This document shows, piece by piece, positions 44,546 to 53,924 of a DNA stretch of 64,000 nt. A model generated the notes under the pieces. That model was not told the origin of the DNA and did no database searches. It was given only the letters and a program-made list of their open reading frames with translations. Positions within the stretch are counted from its first letter, which is position 1. Every line of letters begins with the position of its first letter. Source of the DNA: Acidimicrobiaceae bacterium. Its GTDB lineage: Bacteria > Actinomycetota > Acidimicrobiia > Acidimicrobiales > Aldehydirespiratoraceae. The DNA is taken from the NCBI GenBank assembly GCA_009844405.1, contig VYBO01000043.1, forward strand, positions 4,927 through 68,926. The letters run 5' to 3'. Both the position numbers and the translations under genes were made by a program.

Positions 44546-45685
44546 GTGATAGACGAGCCGGCATGGACCATGGGCGTCGAGGAGGAGTACCTGCTCGTGC
44601 ACCGCGAGACCGGGGCCCTCATCACCAAGCAGCCTCCCGGCGTGCTTGAGACCGTGTCCAACGTGCGCCACGGCCTGGTGGCCAGGGAGCTGTTCGACTC
44701 CCAGATCGAGATCGGCACGGACGTCTGCTCCAACCTGAAGGAGCTCCGCGCCGACGTCTGGGTGCTCCGCCAAGCGGTGGCCGACGCCGCCGCCGAGTAC
44801 GGGATGGCGCCCATCGCGGCCTCGTCCCACCCGTTCGCGCGGTGGCACCAGCAGCAGTACACCGACAAGGAGCGCTACCAGGCCATCGCCGCCGACCTGC
44901 AGGGCGTCATCCGGCGGCTGGTCATCTCCGGGATGCACGTCCACGTCGGCATCGAGGACCAGGAGCTGCGCATCGATCTGATGGAGCAGGCCTCGTACTT
45001 CCTGCCCCATCTCCTGGCTCTGTCGACCTCGTCACCGTTCTGGGAGGCCCGCAACACCGGCCTCAGGAGCTACCGCATGGCGGTGGGCGAGGCGATCCCC
45101 CGCAGCGGGATCCCCGAGAAGTTCGGCTCCTGGTCGGAGTTCAGGCGGCACATCGACGTGCTGGTCCGGGCGGGGATCATCGAGGACTCGACCATGGTGT
45201 GGTGGTACATCCGCCCGTCGGAGCGCTACCCCACCTTGGAGATGCGGGTCACCGACCTGCCCACGAGAATGGAGGACTCGGTCGCCATCGCGGCCATGTA
45301 CGTCTGCCTGCTGAGGATGCTGTGGCGGCTCAGGCTGGAGAACCGCCGCTGGCGGAGCTACGCCAACTTCCTGCTGTCGGAGAACCTGTGGCGGGCCCAG
45401 CGCTACGGGGTCGGCGGCGAGCTGATGGACTTCGGCAAGGGGGTGCTGGTGCCGTTCGGCGACCTGCTGGAGGAGTTGATCGAGATGGTCCTGCCCGACG
45501 CCGAGGCCTTGGACTGCGTGGCGGAGATCGAGCACACCCGCACAATCTGCCGGCGGGGCACCTCGGCGGACCGCCAGCTCGCCACCTACCACGGTGCGCT
45601 CGAGGAGGGCGCCACCGAGGACGAGGCTCTCAAGGCCGTCGTCGACGTGCTGGTCGCCGACACGGTGGCGCCGGCCGAGTTCTAG
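44546..45685 (+). CDS. Carboxylate-amine ligase (glutamate-cysteine ligase family 2, YbdK-like)
   Basis: TMGVEEEYLLV...ELFDSQIEIGT...SGMHVHVGI is the GCS2 hallmark. Confidence 0.85.
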   Translation: MIDEPAWTMGVEEEYLLVHRETGALITKQPPGVLETVSNVRHGLVARELFDSQIEIGTDVCSNLKELRADVWVLRQAVADAAAEYGMAPIAASSHPFARWHQQQYTDKERYQAIAADLQGVIRRLVISGMHVHVGIEDQELRIDLMEQASYFLPHLLALSTSSPFWEARNTGLRSYRMAVGEAIPRSGIPEKFGSWSEFRRHIDVLVRAGIIEDSTMVWWYIRPSERYPTLEMRVTDLPTRMEDSVAIAAMYVCLLRMLWRLRLENRRWRSYANFLLSENLWRAQRYGVGGELMDFGKGVLVPFGDLLEELIEMVLPDAEALDCVAEIEHTRTICRRGTSADRQLATYHGALEEGATEDEALKAVVDVLVADTVAPAEF

Positions 45686-45893
45686 ACCGGGGGCGGCCCC
45701 GCCGGTGCGGGGAGGTCGCGCCGACCGGCGTCAAGGAGGCCGCCAATGGACGCCGGAGAGGCACTCCACGCCTGCGACACGAAGCCCTGGGCGTGAGTGG
45801 CTGGAGGACAACTTCGACACGGCCGCAGAGACCTGGCTGATCTATCCCAACCAGGTGAACAACTGCCGGTGTCTGGGGGTGTATACTCCCTCT

Positions 45894-46118
45894 ATGAGGC
45901 GTATACAGCTATACCTGGACGAAGACGTCGACGACGCTTTATCGGCTGCGGCTGCTCGACTCGGGGTCTCGCGATCAGCGCTGGTGAGAAACGCCGTCAG
46001 GTCGGCTCTCGACGATGGGCCCGAGGCACTCACGGATCCTTTTGACGCTCTCGTGGGCAGCGTGGATGTTGAGCCGGACGACGATCTCGACACGGTGATT
46101 TACGGGACCGAACGGTGA
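45894..46118 (+). CDS. vapB: CopG/ribbon-helix-helix antitoxin (VapB-type)
   Basis: MRRIQLYLDEDVDDALSAAAARLGVSRSALVRNAV. A TATACT box ends 6 nt before the ATG, so the transcript may be leaderless. The stop overlaps the PIN gene start. Confidence 0.8.
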   Translation: MRRIQLYLDEDVDDALSAAAARLGVSRSALVRNAVRSALDDGPEALTDPFDALVGSVDVEPDDDLDTVIYGTER

Positions 46119-46510
46119 GGTTCGTCGACACGTCCTTCTGGATCGGTCTGCTCGTTCCCGCAGATCGCCGTCACCCCGATGCCGTGCGATTGTGGCGCGA
46201 CGGGCGCGGACCCCTCCGGACCTCCAACCTGGTGACAGGAGAGACTTGGACATGGTTGAAGCGTCGCGCCGGCCATACGCACTCCCTCAGCTTCATCACC
46301 ATGCTCCGCCAGGCGCCGCGTGTGTCGGTAGCAGTCGTCGACTCGGCCATAGACGAGCGGGCATGGGAGTGGCTTGCTCGCCATGACGAGCGGCACTACT
46401 CCTACGTCGATGCCACCAGCTTCGAGATCATGCGGCGCGAGCGGATCACCGAAGCGCTCGCGTTCGACGGCGGCTTCAGCGCGGCCGGCTTCATAGAAGT
46501 CCGGCCCTGA
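46115..46510 (+). CDS. vapC: PIN-domain toxin VapC
   Basis: VRFVDTSFWIGLL...ETWTWL....SYVDATSFEIM...EALAFDGGF carries the PIN acidic residues. Confidence 0.85.
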   Translation: MRFVDTSFWIGLLVPADRRHPDAVRLWRDGRGPLRTSNLVTGETWTWLKRRAGHTHSLSFITMLRQAPRVSVAVVDSAIDERAWEWLARHDERHYSYVDATSFEIMRRERITEALAFDGGFSAAGFIEVRP

Positions 46511-46531
46511 CCCGATCGGTATGCTGGCGAC

Positions 46532-46786
46532 ATGGCCGGAGCGGTGGTGATGGTGATCGTGCTGGTGGTGGTGTTCCCGGTGGTGGTGCTGGTCGGCTGC
46601 GGGATCCTGGCCGCGGCACTGGGCAGCTTCCTGAAGGTCGACTCCGACGCGGCCAACCGGGGCGACGACGGCCCCAACGAGTACCTGGAGCTGGCCCGCA
46701 AGGAAGCCGAGACCGGCTACCCGCAGCGGCCCGAGACGCCGTCGCTGCGTTCTAGGCTCGAGTCGAGGATCCGGTCGGCCAGGTAG
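46532..46786 (+). CDS. Possible small membrane protein (84 aa)
   Basis: It has one strongly hydrophobic N-terminal helix and a charged tail. It overlaps a convergent gene end by 35 nt. No homology is recognised. Confidence 0.3.
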   Translation: MAGAVVMVIVLVVVFPVVVLVGCGILAAALGSFLKVDSDAANRGDDGPNEYLELARKEAETGYPQRPETPSLRSRLESRIRSAR

Positions 46787-48389
46787 ACGGGCAGCCACGG
46801 TCGATCCACACTGCGGCGGCCACCGCGGCGAACACGGCGTCGCTGCCGTTGACGGGCTCCGAACCGTCGTCGATGATCTCAACCTCGACGGCGGGCATGT
46901 CGGCCGCGCCGACGATGCCGAAGGATCGGACGGTCAGGTCGTGAACGTGTCCGTCGGGATCCACCCCGAGCGACTCGCTGGTCACCCATGAATAGGCCAT
47001 GTGGGCCGCACCGGTGCAATAGGAGCGCAGCACGGTCTCGTCGAGGGTCCGGCCGGCCCGCACCTCCACGCAGATCGTGCCGTCGGGCGCTACCGCTGCG
47101 GTAGCAGATCCGCCATCGGGTCCGGCGATCCAGCCCGGCTCGCCCCGGGCTGCGGCCAGAAGCACCGCCGCCTCGGCCCAGCCTGCCCCCCTCACCTGCG
47201 ACGAGGTGGGCGGCCCCGGCACGTCGACCTCGGTGACGACCAGGCCGGGCGCCCATTCCTGGATCACGGCAGCAATGCCCGGCGTTCGTGCCACGACGAT
47301 CCCACCGGTTCCGTCGGGCCGCAACCCCGCCGCGATCGGCGGGCGTTTGGGGCCGAGTTCGACCGTGTCGGGGCGGGACCACAGCACCCGCACCGGCCGA
47401 CCGTGACGGGCGGCCAGCAAGCGGGCGGCCTCCACCACCGGCGAGTGGAGCTTCCCCCCGAACGCGCCGCCGTTGCCGAGCGCGGATGCGGGCTCGCCGC
47501 CGGGCCGGCACCAGGCCGCGTCGGTCTCCAGGTAGCCGGGCTCCACCCAGCTCGTGCGCAGGGTGACGGCCCAGTCGCCGGGCGGCACCTCCAACGGCGG
47601 CGCCCAACGGGCCGTGGTGCGCCGGCCCGGAACCTGCCCGGCCAGGCTTCGCGCCTCAGCGGCGGTCTCAGCGACCACCCAGCCGTGCTCGTCAGCAGCC
47701 TCGCAGTCCGGCCCGGCCCGCACAGCCACGAGGGCGCCTGCCGGAGCCGTGTCGTCCGCGAAACCGCCAGCTCCGAGGGACACATGGGGGCCGGTGGACT
47801 GACGAGTATGCCCCTCGATCGTCGCCCGGAGGTCGGCCGCGGCCCTCTGGTCGGTGTCCGGGGCACTCGCGGCGTCGGCGGCTGTCGCTGCGAGCCCGGG
47901 ATAGGCCTGCCAAGCGTCGAGAATGGGCTGCCAACCGGTGCACCGGCACAGATGGGCGGCCAGAGTCCGGGCCGCGACGCGGCGATCACGGTGATCGGCG
48001 CCCCTGCCGTGCAGCCCCGCGAAGCGGCAGATGATCCCCGGCGTGCAGAACCCGCACTGGCTGGCGCCGGTGGCGGCGAAGGCCCGGGCCCAGCCGTCCC
48101 GCACCTCGGCGCCGAGCCCTTCCAGGGTGGTGATGGTCCGTCCCTGCACCCGGCGGGCCGGGGTCACGCACGCCACCCTGGGCTGGCCGTCCACCAGCAC
48201 GGTGCAGCAGCCGCACTGACCCTGGGGGCTGCACCCGTCCTTCACCGAGCGCACCCCGAGTTGCTCGCGCAGCACGTCAAGCAGCGTCAAGCTCCCGTCC
48301 GCGACAACCACCGCCGCGCCATCCACAACGATCTCGAAGCTCTCCCGAAACTGATGCGGATCCTGGGCCTCAGAGGGCTGGAGCGTCAT
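46752..48389 (-). CDS. (2Fe-2S)-binding domain fused to a degenerate xanthine-dehydrogenase-family domain
   Basis: ATG at 48389 (MTLQPSEAQ...). CoxS-like clusters are present: GCSPQGQCGCCTV and SQCGFCTPGI...HLCRCTGW. The C-terminal half resembles the XDH Mo-binding C-terminal region. The track ORF start at 48668 is over-extended. Confidence 0.7.
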   Translation of the reverse strand: MTLQPSEAQDPHQFRESFEIVVDGAAVVVADGSLTLLDVLREQLGVRSVKDGCSPQGQCGCCTVLVDGQPRVACVTPARRVQGRTITTLEGLGAEVRDGWARAFAATGASQCGFCTPGIICRFAGLHGRGADHRDRRVAARTLAAHLCRCTGWQPILDAWQAYPGLAATAADAASAPDTDQRAAADLRATIEGHTRQSTGPHVSLGAGGFADDTAPAGALVAVRAGPDCEAADEHGWVVAETAAEARSLAGQVPGRRTTARWAPPLEVPPGDWAVTLRTSWVEPGYLETDAAWCRPGGEPASALGNGGAFGGKLHSPVVEAARLLAARHGRPVRVLWSRPDTVELGPKRPPIAAGLRPDGTGGIVVARTPGIAAVIQEWAPGLVVTEVDVPGPPTSSQVRGAGWAEAAVLLAAARGEPGWIAGPDGGSATAAVAPDGTICVEVRAGRTLDETVLRSYCTGAAHMAYSWVTSESLGVDPDGHVHDLTVRSFGIVGAADMPAVEVEIIDDGSEPVNGSDAVFAAVAAAVWIDRGCPSTWPTGSSTRA

Positions 48390-48426
48390 CAATTTCGGGC
48401 CCGGACCCACTGGCCCGAGCGGCCGG

Positions 48427-48747
48427 TTAGCTGAAGCTCTGGCCGCAGCCGCAGGTGCGCTGAGCGTTGGGGTTGTCGATCGAGAACCCGGCCGACTGCA
48501 GGCTGTCGGAGTAGTCGAGCGTGGCCCCCTCGAGCAGCATCGCCGAGGACGGGTCCACCACCACCTGCACCGCGCCGAACGTGGCGGTGGTGTCGCTGTC
48601 GGCCACATCGGTGTCGAAGTACATCTCGTAGGAGAAGCCCGAGCAGCCTCCCGGACGGACGGCCACACGAAGCGACAGCCCCTCCTCGTTCTCGGCCTCG
48701 ATGAGTTCCGACACCTTGTCGGACGCCTTATCGGTGAGTGTGATCAC
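48427..48747 (-). CDS. erpA: HesB/IscA/ErpA-family iron-sulfur cluster insertion protein
   Basis: ITLTDKASDKVSELI...LRVAVRPGGCSGFSYEMYFD...NPNAQRTCGCGQSF is the canonical IscA C..CGC motif. The GTG at 48747 lies within track ORF 48427..49350. Confidence 0.85.
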   Translation of the reverse strand: MITLTDKASDKVSELIEAENEEGLSLRVAVRPGGCSGFSYEMYFDTDVADSDTTATFGAVQVVVDPSSAMLLEGATLDYSDSLQSAGFSIDNPNAQRTCGCGQSFS

Positions 48748-48892
48748 GACGGCTCTCCGTGAGTGGTTGCCCAACGCTTGCTGTGACGACAAACCTAGCG
48801 CCCGGATCCGGGCGAGGCTACTGATGCAGAAACCGGCCGGATCGGCAACCGGCCGGATCGGCGCTGCAGGCGGCGCCGGTAGCATCGGACCT

Positions 48893-50056
48893 GTGACCAC
48901 GACCGTACCGACGGCCGAGGCCGTGATGGACATGATGCGGGGCGTGGTCGATCCTGAGCTCGGCAGCAACCTGGTGGAGTTGGGCATGGCCCGGGGCGCG
49001 CAGGTGTGCGACGACGGCGTGATCCGCATCGAGATCGCCCTCACCACCTCGGGCTGCCCCCTGAGGGCACAGATCCAAAAGGACGTCAAGGCGCGGCTGG
49101 AGTCCCTTCCCGGCGTGACCAAGGTTCGTATCGTCTGGGCCGAGCTCAGCGCCGACGAGAAGGCCGCGGCCATGGCCAAGGCCCGCTTCAACGTCGCACA
49201 GCGGGCGCCGGACACCGCCATCCCGCCCACCACCAAGGTGCTGATGGTGGCCAGCGGCAAGGGCGGCGTGGGCAAGTCCACGGTCACCACCAACGTGGCC
49301 GCCGCGCTGGCCTCGCAGGGGTTCAACGTCGGCGTGATGGACGCCGACATCTGGGGCTACTCGGTGCCCCGGATGCTGGGCGTCGACGGCGATCTGCGCT
49401 CCCTCGACGGCAAGATCGTCCCGCTCACCCGGACCGTCGGCGAGGGTCGCCTCGACGTCGTGTCGATGGGATTCCTGGTGGACCGCGAGGACTCGGCGCT
49501 GATGTGGCGGGGGCTGATGCTCAACCGGGCCGTGCAGCACTTCTGCGAGGACGTCCGCTGGAGCGACGACCTCGACTACCTGCTGATCGACATGCCGCCC
49601 GGCACCGGCGACGTGCAGATGGGCCTGGCCAGGATGCTGCCGCGAGCCGAGATGATCATCGTGACCACCCCGGCGACGGCCGCCCAGAAGGTGGCGGCCA
49701 GGGTGGTGGACATGGGCCGCAAGAACTACCTGCGCATCGTGGGAGTGATCGAGAACATGAGCTACCTGGCCACCGGCGACGGCGAGCATCACGCCGTGTT
49801 CGGCTCGGGCGGCGGCGAGGCCCTCGCCGCGGAGGTCGGGGTGCCGCTGCTGGGCCGCATACCCCTCGAGGCTGCCGTGGCCGACGGCGCGGACCGGGGC
49901 GAGCCGGCCGTGCTGGGCGACGGCCTGGCGGCCGAGGCCTTCAAAGCGGCGGCCCAAGCCCTGTCGGAGGAGCACGTGCCCCCGGTGGAGATGGCCGGCT
50001 GCAGCGCCCGCATGCTGGAAGCCGCCGCCGCCGCGCTCGACGCGGCCGAAGCCTGA
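48893..50056 (+). CDS. apbC: Mrp/ApbC/NBP35-family Fe-S cluster carrier ATPase with N-terminal DUF59 (MIP18) domain
   Basis: The DUF59 region is VVDPELGSNLVELGM. The deviant Walker A is ASGKGGVGKSTVT, and DYLLIDMPPGTGD is also present. GTG at 48893. Confidence 0.9.
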   Translation: MTTTVPTAEAVMDMMRGVVDPELGSNLVELGMARGAQVCDDGVIRIEIALTTSGCPLRAQIQKDVKARLESLPGVTKVRIVWAELSADEKAAAMAKARFNVAQRAPDTAIPPTTKVLMVASGKGGVGKSTVTTNVAAALASQGFNVGVMDADIWGYSVPRMLGVDGDLRSLDGKIVPLTRTVGEGRLDVVSMGFLVDREDSALMWRGLMLNRAVQHFCEDVRWSDDLDYLLIDMPPGTGDVQMGLARMLPRAEMIIVTTPATAAQKVAARVVDMGRKNYLRIVGVIENMSYLATGDGEHHAVFGSGGGEALAAEVGVPLLGRIPLEAAVADGADRGEPAVLGDGLAAEAFKAAAQALSEEHVPPVEMAGCSARMLEAAAAALDAAEA

Positions 50057-50104
50057 CCGGCTACGCCTGCGAACTCCTGTCGAGGAGGCGCGGTCAGCCC
50101 GGCA

Positions 50105-51418
50105 CTAGTCGCAGAGGCCTTCTTCGCTTACGCCCCGGTGGCTGTCGCAGATCGTTGTGCTCTCGACGGACTTGAGGACGAACGAACCGGAACCGGGGTC
50201 CTGCTGGGCGAAGACTTGCAGCCGGAAGCCGCGGACGGCGTCGTCGGGCAGACCCAACACGTCGACCGTGATCTCGCCGAGATCGCCGATGACGGGAGCG
50301 CCCGAGACGACGATGCGAGACGGCGGACCGTCAGAGGCCACCGCTCCAGCGACGATCCGTGCCAGCTCGGCCAGCGTCTCAGCGGCGGGCGTCTCGCCCA
50401 GGGTGGCGACGATGTCGGCGGTGGCGTCCGAGGTGTCGCCCAGCGGCGACAGGAAAGCGCTGCTGGCCCATCCCACCGCGTCGGCCATGCGGATCTCATG
50501 CCAGATGGTGGTGGGGAGCCTGCGGGTGTTGCCGGTGGCGATCACGCCCCGGTTGAGATCGAGGGTGGCAAGGAGTGCGTCGGAGTCGGCCTCGCGGACG
50601 TAGACGACCGGCTCGCTGCCCACGTTCATCACGTTGTCGAGCCGGGCGACGATCTCCCCCGCGGGCACGTCGCGCACGTTCAGGACGCTGTCGTGGGAGA
50701 CGCCGACCACCGCGAGCGCGGCGCCTTCGGGGGGGCCGAACTCGTGAGGCTCGCCGGGAAGGGACGCGGCCGGCTCGGGCGCGCCGTCCGGCGTGCCGCC
50801 GGCTCCGTCCGTCGACGCTTCCCCGGACTCGTCGCCGCCCGTGTCGGCGGCGGCGGTGGCGTCGGTGTCCGTGGCCGCGTCCGTGTCGCCGGCATCCGTC
50901 TCGCCGGCGGGCGCCGGCGTCTCCACGGCCTCCTCGGTGGCGGCGGCTGGGCCGGACCCCGTGGCGGCCATCGTCTCAGCCTCGGTCTCCTCTTCCGATG
51001 CCTCCGCCGGCCGCGCATCACCCCCGGCCGCCGCCTCCTGGCCCGCGGCGAGGGCCTCCGCCGCCGCGGCAGCCTGGGCAGCCGCCGCCTCGGCTACGGC
51101 CGCGGCCTGCTGGGCCATCACGACCGCCTCCTGAGCCACGACAGCCGCCTCGTCGGCGGCGGCAGCCGACGAGGCGGACTTGATGGCGGCATCCTCGGCA
51201 CTGGCCTGCGCGGCGGCGGCAGCCGCTCGCGCCTCCGCAAGGTCGGCGCTGCCGGAGTCGTCGGCCGCGCCGTCACTGCCGGGGTCGGCAACGAACGCGG
51301 CCACCAGCGCCACCAAGGCGACCAGCAGCGCCACCAGGGCCAGCAGCAGCGCCCGCCTGGCTACCGCCAGGCCGAGCGACATCCCCATCGGGGGCTTCGA
51401 ACCTCGATCAGCTTCCAT
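50105..51418 (-). CDS. Membrane-anchored Ala-rich protein with C-terminal globular domain (envelope cluster)
   Basis: TM segment LLLALVALLVALVALVAAFV, a long A/E/Q-rich segment, an acidic T/D/A-rich linker, then a ~200-aa domain ending ...ICDSHRGVSEEGLCD. The start is chosen downstream of the dispersed element; 51388 and 51382 are alternatives. Confidence 0.55.
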   Translation of the reverse strand: MEADRGSKPPMGMSLGLAVARRALLLALVALLVALVALVAAFVADPGSDGAADDSGSADLAEARAAAAAAQASAEDAAIKSASSAAAADEAAVVAQEAVVMAQQAAAVAEAAAAQAAAAAEALAAGQEAAAGGDARPAEASEEETEAETMAATGSGPAAATEEAVETPAPAGETDAGDTDAATDTDATAAADTGGDESGEASTDGAGGTPDGAPEPAASLPGEPHEFGPPEGAALAVVGVSHDSVLNVRDVPAGEIVARLDNVMNVGSEPVVYVREADSDALLATLDLNRGVIATGNTRRLPTTIWHEIRMADAVGWASSAFLSPLGDTSDATADIVATLGETPAAETLAELARIVAGAVASDGPPSRIVVSGAPVIGDLGEITVDVLGLPDDAVRGFRLQVFAQQDPGSGSFVLKSVESTTICDSHRGVSEEGLCD

Positions 51419-51506
51419 CTCGCACCGGACCCAGTATGCCAGCGCACCGATCCACGTCCGGGCACCCCCTCCCCCGGGAGGATGTCCGACCTCCAGAAGC
51501 GAGCGA

Positions 51507-51628
51507 GGATCCGCCCGCCTACCCGCTCGGCCCCGGCTCCCGCTCATGTTCGCTGGCGCTCACGGGCCGCTCGGGCCACGGCCTCGCCCGCACGAACTGG
51601 ATCCGCCCGCCTACCCGCTCGGCCTCTG
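51507..51628 (-). repeat. MIRU/REP-like dispersed element, long form with duplicated 26-bp flank (copy 4)
   Basis: ggatccgcccgcctacccgctcggcc occurs at 51507-51532 and 51599-51624, flanking the core tcccgctcatgttcgctggcgctcacgggccgctcgggccacggcctcgc. Confidence 0.9.
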
Positions 51629-53254
51629 GGGCTGGGCCAGGCCGATCGATGGCCGGAAGGTCGAACTCACCTCGTCGGCGAGGAGGCGGGCCACTTCGGC
51701 ATGGCCCGCGTTGTTCAAGTGGAAGCTCCGATACCAGCCGTTGAGCGGGTCGCGACCCACGTGGGTGATGCCGTGCAGGAAGTCCGGGCCCCGCCCGCAC
51801 ACCTCATGGCCCCCCTCACGGAAGGGCGTGTACGTGTCGACGTAGTGGACCCGCACCTTGCCGAGCTCATCATTGGCCTGCCGCACCGCCGCGGCGAGCT
51901 GCCGGTTGAGATGCCCGGCCAGCAGGCCCAGCATGTCGACCGTCTCGGGCTTGTACACCACCCGGCACGGATCGAACAGCCTCCACTCACTCGACGGCGC
52001 GATCAGGCTGGGATAGCCGATCACATACAGGCGGCCCCTCTCAGTGAGCCGCTCAGACACGATCTCGCGGTAGAAGTCGGCGATCGACCCGTGGCGGTTC
52101 CCGGCGATGCGGAGGGCACACCGGTAGTCGGGCCGCGAACCGGTCCGGCTGGCGCCGGGGCAGGTTCTCGCCGGCGCGACGAGGTTGTCGATCCTGGCCT
52201 TCAACCCGTCCTCCGACGGGCATCCCAGGAACAGCTCGGTCACCCGGGTGAACGGCACGCAGGCCAGCACCACGTCCTCGAAGCCGATGTCGTTGCCTCC
52301 CAGCGACAGGGCGACGATGTCCACCCGCCGGGGACCGCCGAGCACCTCCGTGTGTTCCGCCCACATCGACACCCGGCCCGGATCCTGCGGCCGGGAGTTG
52401 AACATGTCCTCGACCAGACCGCCCTCGCAGGCCGTGTGGGTATGGGCTATGGCCCATCCCCGCTGCCTGAGCGCATCCGATGCGGCCGGGCCGGCCGAGC
52501 GCGGGCTCCGCCGGCAGGACCCCCGGGCGTGGGGGTCGGTCCCGACGCCCGAGGAATACGAGTCGCCGGCGGACAGCCAGGTGATGGCGGCATTGAACCG
52601 CAGCGCACGAGTCAGCAGCGACGCCATCTCGGCCCGGGTCACAGGCGCATCCGGGCAGAAACGGGCCGGGGAGGTCGAGCAGCCCGTCGTGACGCCCGCC
52701 ACGGCGAGCGCGTCGATCGCCGACTCGTGGATGTTGCCCCCCGTATCGACGAACCCCGCGATCTCCGCGGGATCGGCCGGGCTGAGCCGGAACGCCCGCC
52801 TCAGGAAGCTGGCCGTCTCGCCTCGGGACACCGGCTGGTACGGGCAGAAGCGGGCCGGGTGGGCGCCGCACCCGTAGGTGACACGCAGGTCGAAGAGACG
52901 CTCCACATGCGGCGCCCACCATCGCCGGGACGCGACATCGACGAAGCGTGAGTCTCTTGTGCTGGGAGGATCCCGGCCGTCGAGTGCGCGCACCAGCCAG
53001 ACCGCCATCGCCCATCGGGGCAGGTGCTGCTGCGGGCACAGGCGGTCGGGCGTGCATCCCGTGCCGCTCAGGACCCCAGCGGCGCCGAGCGCCTCGACCG
53101 CGTCGCGGTGCACGCCGGCTTGATCAGTGTCCGACGGTTGTGCCCATGCGGGCGCCGCGGCCAGTGCAGCGCACGACGCGGCGAACAGTGCCAGTGCCGT
53201 CCCGGCCAGCGTCCACAGCCGCATGCGCGGCCTTGCACACCGCTCTCTCGACAT
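51611..53254 (-). CDS. Secreted SLH-like-repeat protein with SGNH/GDSL hydrolase domain
   Basis: Signal peptide, then three repeats of the same GC....FCP...V(T/S)R.E.A..L.RA type as in 9525..11822. These are followed by WLSAGDSYSSG (GDS block I) and SLGGNDIGF (block III). ATG at 53224 is an alternative start. Confidence 0.75.
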   Translation of the reverse strand: MSRERCARPRMRLWTLAGTALALFAASCAALAAAPAWAQPSDTDQAGVHRDAVEALGAAGVLSGTGCTPDRLCPQQHLPRWAMAVWLVRALDGRDPPSTRDSRFVDVASRRWWAPHVERLFDLRVTYGCGAHPARFCPYQPVSRGETASFLRRAFRLSPADPAEIAGFVDTGGNIHESAIDALAVAGVTTGCSTSPARFCPDAPVTRAEMASLLTRALRFNAAITWLSAGDSYSSGVGTDPHARGSCRRSPRSAGPAASDALRQRGWAIAHTHTACEGGLVEDMFNSRPQDPGRVSMWAEHTEVLGGPRRVDIVALSLGGNDIGFEDVVLACVPFTRVTELFLGCPSEDGLKARIDNLVAPARTCPGASRTGSRPDYRCALRIAGNRHGSIADFYREIVSERLTERGRLYVIGYPSLIAPSSEWRLFDPCRVVYKPETVDMLGLLAGHLNRQLAAAVRQANDELGKVRVHYVDTYTPFREGGHEVCGRGPDFLHGITHVGRDPLNGWYRSFHLNNAGHAEVARLLADEVSSTFRPSIGLAQPQRPSG

Positions 53255-53276
53255 CCGCGTGCCTGGTTTCAGCCGG

Positions 53277-53792
53277 CTAGAGACAGAGGCCCTCCCCGCT
53301 TGCGCCTCGGCGGCAGATCGCGGCGCGCTGCACGGCGGACGCGTCCGGAGCCGCGGTCGGATCCTCGGCTCTGTCCTGCGAGCCCGCAGCCACCACAGCG
53401 TCGGCCGCGAGCTTCCGGACGTCCTCCAGTTGGGCTTCAAGACACACAATGGCGTCGGAGGTCACCGGATCGCCGGGATCGGACAAATCAGCGGCCCTCG
53501 CCTCCTCCGACTGCGCTGTCTGCGCGGCGGCGCCCTCTGCAACGGCCTTGGCCGAGACGGCCGTGGCGATGGCCGCGTCTGAGGCGGCCCTTGCCTCGGC
53601 GACTTCGTTGCGGAGCCGATCGATGTCCGCTCCCTCGGTCCGGCCGCCCGGCGAATCCACCAGAAGCGCAGCCACGACCGCCACCGCGGCGACAACCGTC
53701 GAGGCCGCCGCGACGACCATCACCCGCCTGGCCGGCGCCACGGCAGGCGGGACGGGCCGCCAGGGCGCCTGCCGCTCACTCATATCCGACAC
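53277..53792 (-). CDS. Membrane-anchored Ala-rich protein (envelope cluster)
   Basis: TM segment VMVVAAASTVVAAVAVVAALLV, then an Ala-rich helical segment. The C-terminus ...ICRRGASGEGLCL resembles that of 50105..51418. Confidence 0.5.
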   Translation of the reverse strand: MSDMSERQAPWRPVPPAVAPARRVMVVAAASTVVAAVAVVAALLVDSPGGRTEGADIDRLRNEVAEARAASDAAIATAVSAKAVAEGAAAQTAQSEEARAADLSDPGDPVTSDAIVCLEAQLEDVRKLAADAVVAAGSQDRAEDPTAAPDASAVQRAAICRRGASGEGLCL

Positions 53793-53924
53793 GCCTCCCA
53801 GTATTGCATTGCGGCCCCGGCGCGGGCCGACGACCTGGGCCGGTGGTCGGGGGCGACTCGGCCGGCATCGCGGTCCAGGCCACGCGCCGCACCCGCAGTG
53901 AGCTGGACCGAGGTCCTCATACGG

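Noticed and set aside
45746-45796. 16-codon mini-ORF (MDAGEALHACDTKPWA) with a perfect AAGGAGG Shine-Dalgarno sequence between the GCS2 ligase and the vapB gene.
   Set aside because: Its length and lack of any recognisable feature make it unsupportable from sequence alone. It is noted only as a possible leader peptide.
46100-46882. 260-aa ORF with a striking His-rich stretch (HHHREHHHQHDHHHH).
   Set aside because: It is the antisense translation of the GTG/GTC-rich (Val-rich) helix of the 46532..46786 ORF and of the vapC gene. It is not an independent gene.
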